Of a stretch of 64,000 nt of DNA, positions 40,278 to 50,341 are shown one piece after another. Numbering within the stretch: the stretch's first letter is position 1; every line of letters begins with the position of its first letter. The translations under genes and the position numbers were made by a program. The stretch spans positions 23,927 to 87,926 of the forward strand of contig CAVYQA010000030.1 in the NCBI GenBank assembly GCA_963770495.1, in the 5' to 3' direction. The notes below the pieces were generated by a model. It saw only the letters and a list, made by a program, of their open reading frames with translations, searched no databases and was not told the DNA's origin. The DNA is from Chitinophagales bacterium (GTDB lineage Bacteria; Bacteroidota; Bacteroidia; Chitinophagales; CAVYQA01).

Positions 40278-43200
40278 ATGCTCACCGGGTTTCGATATAT
40301 CATTCTTTTAGTAACAGTTCTGTTCCTGTTCAACACCGCCTCGGCGCAAACCACCGGTGCCGTGTTCGGGCAAAACCGGGTTCAGTTCAAAACCTTCACC
40401 TGGTCTTATTTCCAAACCGACCACTTTAATGTCTACTATTACTTAGGCGGGCAAGCCCTGGGCAAGTTCACCGCCGAGGTTGCCGAAAAGGTAATGAACA
40501 ATATCAGCAGGCAGGTTCAGTTTAGAGCCAATGACCGCATTGAAATATTGGTGTTCAATAACCTCGCCGACCTTAAGCAGAGTAACATCGGCTCCACGCA
40601 GGATGAAGCGGAGCAGAACAACAATAATATCGGCGGCATTACACATATTATAGGAAACAAGATATTTGTTTATTTCGATGGCAATCACCGCCATCTTGAG
40701 GCGCAGATAAAAAGCGGTCTCACCACCGTCACCCTCCAAAACATGATGTACGGTGGCAACATACGCGAAGTGCTGCAGAGTGCCGTGTTTTTGAATCTGC
40801 CTTCGTGGTACACCAACGGGCTCTCTGCCTATCTCGGCGAAGAGTGGAACTCTGACCACGACAGCCGCTTGCGCGATGATATTTTATCGGGCAAGTATAA
40901 AAAGTTCAATACGCTAATCGGGCGGGACCCCGCTTTGGCAGGACAATCGCTGTGGTATTACATTGCTCAAAAATATGGCAAGTCTTCCATTCCGAATATT
41001 CTTTACCTCACGCGCATTAATCACAGCATGGAAAGCGGCTTCGTTTTTATAGTAGGCAAAACCACCAAGCAACTCTTTCAGGATTGGTACAACTATTATC
41101 TCATACTCTATTCGGGTGAGAAAAACGACAAGTCACTCCCCGATGCCAAATCGGTTGTTTTTACTTCGCCTAAAAGAAATAAAGCGGTTTATAATCACAT
41201 TGCCGCAGATCCTAAGGGGAAAAACCTCGCTTATGTAACCAATGACCTTGGAAGATATAAAGTGCATCTCCTAAACCTTGATAACTCTAAAAAGAAAACA
41301 TTGCTGCGTGGCGGATTTCGTAATGTAACCCAACCTATAGATTATTCTTATCCCCTGCTGGCTTGGGAACCGACAGGAAAAAACCTGGCGATGGTGTATG
41401 AAAAACATGGCAAAAGCTGGCTGGTGATTTATGACTCTGAGAAAAAGAAAAAAGAGAAGAAAAGAATACTTGCTCAATTTCAAAAAGTGTATAGCATTGA
41501 TTTTACTACCGATCCCCGTGTATTGGTATTATCAGCCGAAAATAAAGGGCAGTCGGATATTTATACCTACAATTATATGGCAGGGCGCCTCAACCAAATC
41601 ACCAATGATTTCTGGGATGATTATGACCCGCATTACATTAAACTCGATAACCGCGAAGGCATTCTTTTCGCATCTAACAGAATCAATGACACTCTAAAAT
41701 CATCCACTTTTGACACGGTGCTGCCAACAGGGCATTTCAATATTTATTATTACAATATAAAAAGTTCTAATCCAAAACTTCTCACTCAAATAACGCATAC
41801 TACTGTTAGCGATGAACTACAATCCTATCAATATAACAATCATTACTTTTGTTATACCAGTGATCAGAACGGGATAAGAAACCGCTACACAGGCTATATT
41901 GACAGCATTTTCTGGCACTATGACCATTATTATTATTTCCCTGATTCGACCGTTATAAATCCTACATACAATATTGACTCGTTACTTACGGCTGAAAATA
42001 TTAAACCCGACTCAATGAAGAATATCCCCGTTTATAAGGATACCGCATACTTGTTTACCAATTCAAATTACTCAAGAAACATTCTGGAGCAATCCCTGTC
42101 ACCGCGTTCAGGTAAAGTGTTTGACCTTGTTTATAATAAAGGTCGTTACCAGGTTTATAAAACCAATATACTTCCCGATTCTTTAACCACGCAAAATACG
42201 CCTGTGCTTACCTACACATCTTTTGGCGAATCAATGAGACAACAGGAACTCAAAAACACAATAAAACCATTGTCTGTTTCTGATACCACAAAACAAAAAA
42301 AGGCTGAAATCGATACAGTTATGAAGTCTGAAGACGTATTCCAGTCGGAGTTCTCGCAAATAAGTGATATCACCAAAGCGGATTCTTCACATCATAAAAA
42401 GAACAACAACAAATTGCCAAGCTACATGCAGAATACTAAAGTTTATCCTTACTTAATAAAGTTCTCAACCGATTATGTTGTAACGCAACTTGATAACGGG
42501 CAAATCATTAATCAATATCAGAATTTTAATGACAATGGCGGACAATATGACAACCAACCGTTGAGCGGATTAATTTCTTTCGGCATAAGCGATCTTATGG
42601 AAGATTACAAGATCATAGGGGGTTTTAGCATACCCTCTACTTTTGACGGCAGTCAATATTTTTTGAGCTATATTAATAGTAAACACCGCCTTACCAAAAC
42701 TTTACTTTTCTATAGAGAGGTTACACCTGAAACCTATGATTTCGAGCCTTATTGGCCGTTGCCCGTCAATGCAGACCTCAAAACCTATTACGGACAACTG
42801 ACATTAAATTATCCGCTTGATTTCACCACCCGCATCAGCACCTCATTTGGCTACAGACAGGATAGGGATGTATTTCTTTCTGCTGATACTTTTAGTATGC
42901 TGCTGCCTGACTATACTCAGAACTGGGCGCTGGTGCACAGTGAATATGTTTATGATAACACCATTAAAATATCCGATAACATCCTATATGGCACACGGTA
43001 TAAATTTTTCGCTGAATTTCAAAAGCAGCTTGATATGCCCGGATCTTATTTTACAAATTTTGGAATTGATTTCAGGCATTATGAGAAAATTTATCACAGT
43101 TTGATTTGGGCGACACGTTTGAATGCGCAATCTTCAATCGGTCCCTCAAAAATTGTTTATTACCTTGGCGGAACAGATGGATGGATGTTCCCACAATTCG

Positions 43201-43656
43201 ATTCCAACACACCGGTGTCGAACACTGAAGGCTATGCCTTCCAATCACTGGCAACCAATCTTCGCGGCTTTGACCAGAACGTAAGAAACGGCAACACCTA
43301 TGCATTGGTTAATACCGAAATACGCGCCCCCATCTATTCCCTGTTTTCAAACACGCCCAGCCGCTCACAATTCGTTACTAATTTCCAGGTAATAGCTTTT
43401 TTTGATGCCGGTTCTGCGTGGGAAGGCTATTCGCCCTATTCCAATCAAAACCCGTTTAACACCGCTTACTATGTATCGGGTCCTGTGTCCGTAAATGTCA
43501 ACTATTACCGCCAGCCCATCGTATTTGGCTGGGGAGGCGGATTGCGCACTACCCTTCTTGGTTATTTTGTGCGGCTCGATGTTGCCTGGGGCGATGACAG
43601 ACGGCGCTATAACCAAAACGCCTATCGCCTATATTTCACTGGGCACAGATTTTTAA
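40278..43656 (+). CDS. Large outer-membrane protein: N-terminal domain, TolB-like beta-propeller region and C-terminal Omp85/BamA-like beta-barrel; C-terminus frame-broken
   Basis: It has a signal peptide, ...DPKGKNLAYVTNDLGRYKVHLLNL... and a barrel-like end ...ALVNTEIRAPIY...FFDAGSAWEG...LRTTLLGYFVRLDVAW. After a G4 run (43588..43591) the +1 frame reads MTDGAITKTPIAYISLGTDF-stop (43654..43656), a typical barrel terminus. The track ORF instead runs on to 43742 into a repeat. Confidence 0.7.
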
Positions 43657-43840
43657 ATTTCAAAGAACTTTTTTTACCTCATCCTTATTCCCTCTCCATC
43701 CAAAAATGGAGATGGATACTCACTTATCTTGATTTTATATAGTTAGTTATTTTAAGTTTTCTTTTACTACATTTTAAATGAAATAAATTTCAAAGAACTT
43801 TTTTTACCTCACCCTTACTCCTCCGATAAAAATCGGAGGA
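43655..43840 (+). repeat. Two tandem family-C repeats (C1 43655..43716, C2 43785..43840)
   Basis: They share an identical 27-nt left arm, aaatttcaaagaactttttttacctca. Different hairpins follow: cctctccatcc-aaaaa-tggagatgg in C1 and ctcctccga-taaaaa-tcggaggac in C2. Confidence 0.8.
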
Positions 43841-43883
43841 CACTCTGTCATTCTGCTTTTATAGTGTTAACTAATTTTAATTT

Positions 43884-44492
43884 TCATAACACTTTTTTCA
43901 TAGTATCTTCTGCGGCAGTTATATCGGGAGAAATTTCAGTGCTGAATTTTCTGAAGTGAAAAGCCAGCATAATGTTAAATATGCCCGCAATAATAAAACC
44001 TATTCCAGCCCACAGCACAATGAACAATGCGCCGATGAGCGGGTTGTAAATAATCAGTAAAGCAAAAAGCAGTGTCATTATTCCGCCGGCTAAGAGCCAT
44101 CCCCAGGTATCGGCATGATGTTTCTTCAAATCTATAGAATAGCTTATAAGTGAGATGCCGCGTATTATGAGCCATAATCCTACCAGTAAAGGAATAGTTA
44201 CAATGGTAACGCCGGGGTAGAAAAATAAAATACTTCCTAAAAATATTTCGAGTAAGCCCGAGGTAAGCATCCACCCCCAGCTATGCATTTTTTTGCGGTT
44301 GGTTGCAGCAAAAATTACATGTATCAAACCTTCTAGAGTTATAAAAGCGCCAAGAATCCAGCTAAGGCTTACATAAAAAATAACGGGAAATATATAAACC
44401 AATATACCCATTATAATAAGTAATATACCGGCAGCCAGGAATGTCCACCAGTGTTTAATGTCGTCTTCTACTTTTGTAATTAAGTTTGGCAT
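43884..44492 (-). CDS. HdeD-family (DUF308) membrane protein
   Basis: 202 aa with six predicted TM segments and repeated DUF308-like ...GILLIIMGIL... / ...WLIIRGISLI... units. Confidence 0.75.
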   Translation of the reverse strand: MPNLITKVEDDIKHWWTFLAAGILLIIMGILVYIFPVIFYVSLSWILGAFITLEGLIHVIFAATNRKKMHSWGWMLTSGLLEIFLGSILFFYPGVTIVTIPLLVGLWLIIRGISLISYSIDLKKHHADTWGWLLAGGIMTLLFALLIIYNPLIGALFIVLWAGIGFIIAGIFNIMLAFHFRKFSTEISPDITAAEDTMKKVL

Positions 44493-44562
44493 GTTTATAG
44501 TTTTTAATAATCAAATCTAATAATAAATAGTTAATGGTTAAATGTTAATTGTTAATCGTTTG

Positions 44563-44619
44563 CCTCACCCCTAACCCCTCTCCTAAAAGAGAGGGGCACA
44601 CGGTTAGTTTGATTTATGT
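44563..44619 (+). repeat. Family-B hairpin repeat, copy B2
   Basis: cctcacccctaacccctctcc-taaaa-gagaggggcacacggttagtttgatttatgt. Confidence 0.8.
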
Positions 44620-44742
44620 AGTTAGTTGTTTTTTTCACTTATTTTTTTCATTATCAAATCATCAAATTACCAAATCATCAAATTAATTTTTTCCCATTTT
44701 CAAATTTTCATCCGCCAATAGGCGGATTCAAATTATTTTTAC

Positions 44743-46080
44743 TCACCAGCTTTGTTTGGGCAGCACCTTGCCTCCTATAAATTTAAACGGTCTGTCGCCG
44801 CGGCGGAAATTTTCAAATTCTGAGTTAAAAATTCTTGTTATGGCATAATCGAGGCAATCGCTCAGGTGCCCCCATTCCTGGTAGGTTATTCCCGTTTTGG
44901 TATCTTTCACGGTTACCTTAAGCTTGGTATCATCTTCGGCTTGTTTCACATTTTGTAAATCGAGGATGGTGTTTTTACAGTTTTCACCTATGACAATTTC
45001 AATGCCACCGGTTTGGTTACAAAATATATTATTGATAAATTGCCCGCGCATGAACACAGCGGGATTGGATGGCGGCACTCTCAACTGCGGTTTGTAATTG
45101 CTTAATCCGGTTTGTATTAAGCGATAAAGGTCGTAGCCACTTTCCGTTCTCACATTTTGTTTCCGGCTAGTGGCATCGCCGGTGATTAATAACCCGCTTT
45201 GATGGTATGGATACCTTCTGCAAAATTCACTTACCATATCTCTTATGGTATTTTTAGGCGGTTTCATACATAACTCATCAAACTGCACGGCTTGCTTTCC
45301 ATATACCTGCCACAGCGAGGCGGCGAAATAGGGGTGCACATTTTCATCAAAGCTTAACCAGATTGGTAACTTTGGATTGTAAACAATTGGCTTTACATGT
45401 TTTTCAATATTGAATTCCTTATAAAACTCCACGCCTGTTTTTAATAATAAATCCCAATCGCCCTCAACAAATACCTGGTATTCAAAGCGGGGCATGTTCT
45501 TTAAATTCTGTTTATACTTTTCGGGTATATAGGGATTATCGGTAATTTTTGCAGGGATGTATGACCATCTTTTATTCAGCTCTTTCTTTTTCCACAGGTC
45601 ATAAAATTTTTCTTTCACCCAGTTTTGCGAGGGGTTGCAGGTGCAGATGACCAGCGGCGGCGGGTCGGATTCTATAATATGCGAACCCGCCCGCTCAATG
45701 GCTTTGTAAAACGATTTTTCTTGCAGCTCATTCACCTCTTCCAGCAAAAAACCATTCACTTCAAGCCCGCGCCAGCGGTTCAGCTCTTTATCACGGGCAT
45801 AATTTTCGCCGAAGAAAATAAGTTGCGAGCCGTTAGTAAATGTTACCGTTCCGGTATTCCTGTCGAACGACACCATAAAATTTTCGGGGCAAACCTTAAA
45901 AAATGACGGAATGGTAGTGCGTTTCAGCGTTACCAAATCGGTGCGCACCACTGCCCATTTGCTGTGCGGATACTTTTCGCACAGCCAAATTAATGTTGCC
46001 AATGCGGCAAATGTTTTACCGCCGCGTATGGCGCCGCCATAGAGCAGAATATCTTTTTCACCGCTACAGGCTTCGTCCAT
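44743..46080 (-). CDS. Phage terminase large subunit (orphan), with its N-terminus frame-broken
   Basis: Walker A LLYGGAIRGGKT and a C-terminal nuclease-like half (...LITGDATSRKQ...HLSDCLDYA). The upstream frame reads ...FDLQYNPETTSTTAEIIFEPFSQQQQ and joins at about 46082..46090. No ATG heads that extension. Confidence 0.7.
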   Translation of the reverse strand: MDEACSGEKDILLYGGAIRGGKTFAALATLIWLCEKYPHSKWAVVRTDLVTLKRTTIPSFFKVCPENFMVSFDRNTGTVTFTNGSQLIFFGENYARDKELNRWRGLEVNGFLLEEVNELQEKSFYKAIERAGSHIIESDPPPLVICTCNPSQNWVKEKFYDLWKKKELNKRWSYIPAKITDNPYIPEKYKQNLKNMPRFEYQVFVEGDWDLLLKTGVEFYKEFNIEKHVKPIVYNPKLPIWLSFDENVHPYFAASLWQVYGKQAVQFDELCMKPPKNTIRDMVSEFCRRYPYHQSGLLITGDATSRKQNVRTESGYDLYRLIQTGLSNYKPQLRVPPSNPAVFMRGQFINNIFCNQTGGIEIVIGENCKNTILDLQNVKQAEDDTKLKVTVKDTKTGITYQEWGHLSDCLDYAITRIFNSEFENFRRGDRPFKFIGGKVLPKQSW

Positions 46081-46185
46081 CAGTCTGCTGTTGCTGTGAG
46101 AACGGCTCGAAGATAATTTCGGCGGTGGTGGATGTGGTTTCTGGATTATATTGTAGGTCGAAGGATGAAATGATTTAAAGTTTTA

Positions 46186-46369
46186 AACCACCCCGGCTAC
46201 GCTCATTGCTCTGTCCCCTCCTTGAATAAGGAGGGGAATATGAGGTCAGCACTACTTCAAAATTCTCCTCCTTATTCAAACCTGCTTTTTAGCAGGTTCA
46301 CGAACTCCTTTGAAAATAATTTAAAGTGAGTAACTAGGAGGCAACGCCTTGTGCGGAGCTGAGGTGGTT
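46186..46369. repeat. Family-A copy A2 (+, 46186..46240) abutting an inverted family-A-like copy (46262..46369) whose hairpin is split by a nested hairpin
   Basis: A2 is aaccaccccggctacgctcattgctctgtcccctccttgaataaggaggggaata. The inverted copy is attctcctcctt...[acctgc-ttttt-agcaggt]...aggaggcaacgccttgtgcggagctgaggtggtt. Confidence 0.75.
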
Positions 46370-46381
46370 ATTGTTTTTTAT

Positions 46382-46762
46382 TTATTTTCCAAAGTGCTGT
46401 ATTTTACCATGCAGCTTATAAACCTGTTCGCGTTTTTGTTGAAAACGGTTTTTGTAGCTGTTGAATTTGAAAATGGTGTTAATCATGCTGTTGGCGGCTC
46501 TTAACCGCGAGGACGGGCACTCTTCGCCCTGCATATGCGCCGCTATGGCGCTTATGGAAACATCGAATAGGTCGTCAATCATGGCATCCTTATCTGTCTG
46601 GGTGTACTTTTTAGCGCGCTCGCGAACGGCTTGGCGCGAATAGCTGATGCCATATTTCTTTTCAATGGCTTTTGCTGTGAGGGCGCATAAGCCGAAATTC
46701 TCGCGGTAAATTTCATCGAATTCATCATCGGTTAATTTGTAGTTCTTTTTTTCTGCTGACAT
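46382..46762 (-). CDS. Possible terminase small subunit / HTH DNA-binding protein
   Basis: 126 aa, upstream of terL in the canonical terS-terL order. It has an HTH-like stretch, LTAKAIEKKYGISYSRQAVRERAKK. Confidence 0.4.
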   Translation of the reverse strand: MSAEKKNYKLTDDEFDEIYRENFGLCALTAKAIEKKYGISYSRQAVRERAKKYTQTDKDAMIDDLFDVSISAIAAHMQGEECPSSRLRAANSMINTIFKFNSYKNRFQQKREQVYKLHGKIQHFGK

Positions 46763-46843
46763 AATTTTATGATTTAAAATTTTATGACAGCAAAATTAGA
46801 GCGGGACGGAAGGCGATGAGGGAAGTTGGGACAAGAAGTTTTA

Positions 46844-46986
46844 CCTCACCCCCAACCCCTCTCCACCAAAAGTGGAGAGGGGCGGTTGGTTGTGCAGATA
46901 TTCAGACCTTAATTATTATTAAAATGTCCGAAAAAAAAGATAAGTGAGTGTCCTTCTCCATTATTGGAGAAGGAATAAGGATGAGG
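46844..46986. repeat. Family-B copy B3 (+, 46844..46894) and family-C copy C3 (-, 46951..46986)
   Basis: B3 is cctcacccccaacccctctcc-accaaaagt-ggagaggggcggttggttgtg. C3 is tccttctcca-ttat-tggagaaggaataaggatgagg. Confidence 0.8.
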
Positions 46987-47111
46987 CTAAACCTTGTCGA
47001 GATTGAAAAGTATTATATTGATTATAAATATATTATATATTATTTAATAATGTAAATTAATGATTTAAAAAGATTGAGTAATTTTATAATAGTGTTTTAG
47101 TATTTAATTTT

Positions 47112-48553
47112 ATGAAAAAGCATTTACTTTCTTTTCTGTTGCTTTTTGTTGTTACTACGTCATTTTGCTGGGCACAAAATCCTATCCTTTGGGGAATGAC
47201 ACCGGGAGGTGGCTCTAATAATCTAGGTACTATTTTTAATTACAATGTTTCTACCGGTAATGAAAAGGTTACATATGATTTTGGTAATAGTGATGATGGG
47301 CATGGGCCTACGGGTTCACTAATTCAAGCAATCAATGGTTTGCTTTATGGAATGACTGATTCAGGTGGTATTTATGATAAAGGAATAATTTTTAGTTATA
47401 ACATTTCAGATAGTACAGAAACCGATTTACATGATTTTGGCAATGACACTGATGGGACATATCCTTTTGGCTCGCTCATGCAGGCAAATAATAGTATGCT
47501 TTATGGAATGACTTTTGAAGGTGGTGTTTATAATAAGGGAATAATTTTTAGTTATAACATTTCTACAAGTAAATATACCGATATATATGATTTTAAATAC
47601 CTTCCTGATGGTCAAAGCCCTTATGGCTCACTTATTCAAGCAAGTGATAGTTTTCTTTATGGAATGACTTTTGGAGGTGGGGCAGTGGAAGGGGTACAAT
47701 TTTTAGTTTCAATATTTTTACCAACAAAGAAACAGATATTCATGATTTTGGCTATGATCCTGACGGGGGTGTGCCTTATGGATCACTCGTTAAGTCAAGT
47801 AATGGTTTGCTTTATGGAATGACTGAGGAGGGTGGTACGAATTGTTTCACACCTGGTTGTTTAGGCACCATTTTTAGTTATAATATTTCTACCGATACAG
47901 AAACTGTTCTATATGATTTTGGTTATGGTGGAGTTTATCCATTAGGGTCCCTTATTCAGGTAAATGATAGTTTACTTTATGGAATGACTTTCGAAGGCGG
48001 CAATCCTGGCGATGGTATAATTTTCAGCTTCAACATTTATGGAGATAGCGTAACTAATTTATTTGATTTTGGTACCTCCATCGGTTACAATCCCCGTGGT
48101 TCGCTCGTCCATGCAAGTAATGGGTTACTTTACGGAATGACGCCCGGAGGTAGTAATGGTGATGGCGCAATTTTTAGTTACAATATTTCAACTGACAAAA
48201 CAACCGATTTACTCAATTTTGATGGTACTGATGGTAACTATCCCTGTGGTGATTTGATTGAAGTAGATAAATCTACAGGCATAAACCAATTATCATTAAC
48301 CAATAATCAATTATCCATCTATCCCAATCCCACATCAGGACAATTTATAGTAAAAACAAATGGTAACCAAAATGGTTATACGGTGGAGGTTTATAATTTA
48401 ATGGGAGAGGAAATTTATGTCACCCCTAAATCCCCTGAAGGGGACTTCCAAAAACAGACCATTGATCTGAGTTCGCAGCCTGCGGGGTTGTATTTTGTTT
48501 ATTTGAAATCGGGTGAGGGGGTTGAGGTGGGGAAAGTGCTGGTGACGAAATAA
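47112..48553 (+). CDS. GloVer (Gloeo_Verruco)-type tandem-repeat protein with T9SS C-terminal domain, frame-broken
   Basis: It carries repeats of ...LYGMTxxGGxxxxGxIFSYNIxTxxxTxLxDFGxxxDGxxPxGSLIQ... The track fragments 47112..47822 and 47771..48553 join at a G4 run (47679..47682). One extra G gives FGGGGSGRGTIFSFNI. The CTD reads LSIYPNPTSGQF...VEVYNLMGEE...GLYFVYLKSG. Confidence 0.75.
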
Positions 48554-48618
48554 ATATAATTTAATACTTTTAAAAAAATTGACTATTTTTATAACAGTGT
48601 TTTTTAAAATTTAATGTT

Positions 48619-50058
48619 ATGAAAAAATATTTACTATCACTGGTACTCTTTGTTATTACAACCTCAATGTGTCAAGCCCAAAACCCTTTACTGTGGGGAA
48701 TGACTTCGGGAGGCGGTACTAATGATTCAGGCATCATTTTCAGTTATGATATTTCTACAGCTAAAGGAACTGTTTTATATAATTTTACCGGCGGTGCTGA
48801 CGGAGCCTTTCCAATTGGTTCTCTCCTGCAGGTAAGTGATAGTTTGCTTTATGGTATGACCTACGTAGGTGGAACCTATGATTCAGGCACCGTTATAAAT
48901 TACAATATTAATACAGGCAAAGAAACTGTTTTACATTCTTTTGGCGGCGGTACTGATGGCACCAATCCTGAAGGTACTCTTATCCAGGCAACCAACGGGT
49001 GGCTTTATGGAATGACTTACCAGGGCGGTACTGAGGACACTGATGGAGGGGACGGAACAATTTTCAGCTATAATTGGCAAACACAATCGGAAACCGTTCT
49101 GCACTCTTTTGTTGGCTGGGGCAGTGACGGCAATGGTCCTACCGGCAATTTTATCCAGGTAGGCGACAGTTTGCTTTATGGGTTGACTGCATATGGTGCT
49201 TACAATAATGGTACAATTATCAGTTACAACATATATACAGGCAAAGAAACCCTTCTACATTCTTTTGGCATCGGCAATGACGGGTTCCGCCCTTATGGCT
49301 CTCTTATCCGGGCAAAGAACGGGTGGCTTTATGGAATGACTGAAAAGGGTGGAATTAATAACGAGGGCATAATTTTCAGTTACGACATTTCCACCGGTAC
49401 AGAAACAGTTCAATTTAATTTTGGCGGCGCCAGCGGAACATATCCTGAAGGCTCTCTCATACAGGCAAGCGATAGTTTGCTTTATGGAATGACTGATGAA
49501 GGCGGAGGGAATGGGTATGGCACAATTTTTAGTTATGATATTACTACAGGTAAAGAATCCGTTCTGCATAGTTTCGGCAGCGGTACTGATGGAGAATATC
49601 CTGAGGCTTCACTCCTCCAGGTAAGTGATACCATGCTTTATGGAATGACTAATGAGGGTGGAGAATATGATTTAGGCACGTTTTTCAGTTATAATATTTA
49701 TACCGGTATAGAAACCGATTTACATGATTTTAAAGGAGGTGCGGATGGAGAATATCCTTACGGTGATGTGATTGAGGATAATTCCGCTACCTCCGGCATT
49801 AATCAATTATCACTTAGCCATGACCAATTATCAATTTATCCTAATCCCACATCAGGGCAATTCACAATAAAAACAAATGGTAACCAAAGTGGTTACACGG
49901 TGGAGGTTTATAATTTAATGGGAGAAGAGGTTTATCAATCGACTTTAAGTGGTTCGCAAAATAATATAGACTTAAGCTCCCAACCTGCGGGGTTGTATTT
50001 TGTTTATTTGAAATCGGGTGAGGGGGTTGAGGTGGGGAAAGTGCTGGTGACGAAATAA
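48619..50058 (+). CDS. GloVer-type tandem-repeat protein with T9SS C-terminal domain (intact paralogue)
   Basis: 479 aa with the same repeat unit about 10 times, a signal peptide MKKYLLSLVLFVITTSMCQA and the same CTD. Confidence 0.8.
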   Translation: MKKYLLSLVLFVITTSMCQAQNPLLWGMTSGGGTNDSGIIFSYDISTAKGTVLYNFTGGADGAFPIGSLLQVSDSLLYGMTYVGGTYDSGTVINYNINTGKETVLHSFGGGTDGTNPEGTLIQATNGWLYGMTYQGGTEDTDGGDGTIFSYNWQTQSETVLHSFVGWGSDGNGPTGNFIQVGDSLLYGLTAYGAYNNGTIISYNIYTGKETLLHSFGIGNDGFRPYGSLIRAKNGWLYGMTEKGGINNEGIIFSYDISTGTETVQFNFGGASGTYPEGSLIQASDSLLYGMTDEGGGNGYGTIFSYDITTGKESVLHSFGSGTDGEYPEASLLQVSDTMLYGMTNEGGEYDLGTFFSYNIYTGIETDLHDFKGGADGEYPYGDVIEDNSATSGINQLSLSHDQLSIYPNPTSGQFTIKTNGNQSGYTVEVYNLMGEEVYQSTLSGSQNNIDLSSQPAGLYFVYLKSGEGVEVGKVLVTK

Positions 50059-50107
50059 TTTAGTACCCAATAAAGCACCCCGATTTTTATAGGGGTAGGT
50101 GACGAAA

Positions 50108-50341
50108 TTACAATAACCCGCCCACGGAAATATCCTCATCAATATCCTGCCAGTGTATACCAATGCCATTGCCTACAAAACGCCAGTTCTTACGCTCTTT
50201 TTCAGAGGCATTTTTTAGCCGGGGAAACCAGGCGATGGGGGCACCCACTTCACGCCCGTCGGAGAGGCGCACAAAAAGCATATCATTGCTAAACCACACA
50301 TCGGTGGCTTTAGCCTCTTTTTTATCTGCCAAAATACTCAT
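50108..50341 (-). CDS. DUF2442 domain protein
   Basis: ...VWFSNDMLFVRLSDGREVGAPIAWFPRL...IHWQDIDEDISV. Confidence 0.7.
   Translation of the reverse strand: MSILADKKEAKATDVWFSNDMLFVRLSDGREVGAPIAWFPRLKNASEKERKNWRFVGNGIGIHWQDIDEDISVGGLL

Noticed and set aside
43657-43742. The C-terminal 29 aa of the track ORF 40278..43742.
   Set aside because: This stretch is a translation of family-C repeat DNA reached only because of the frame break. The +1 frame gives a canonical barrel terminus that stops at 43656.
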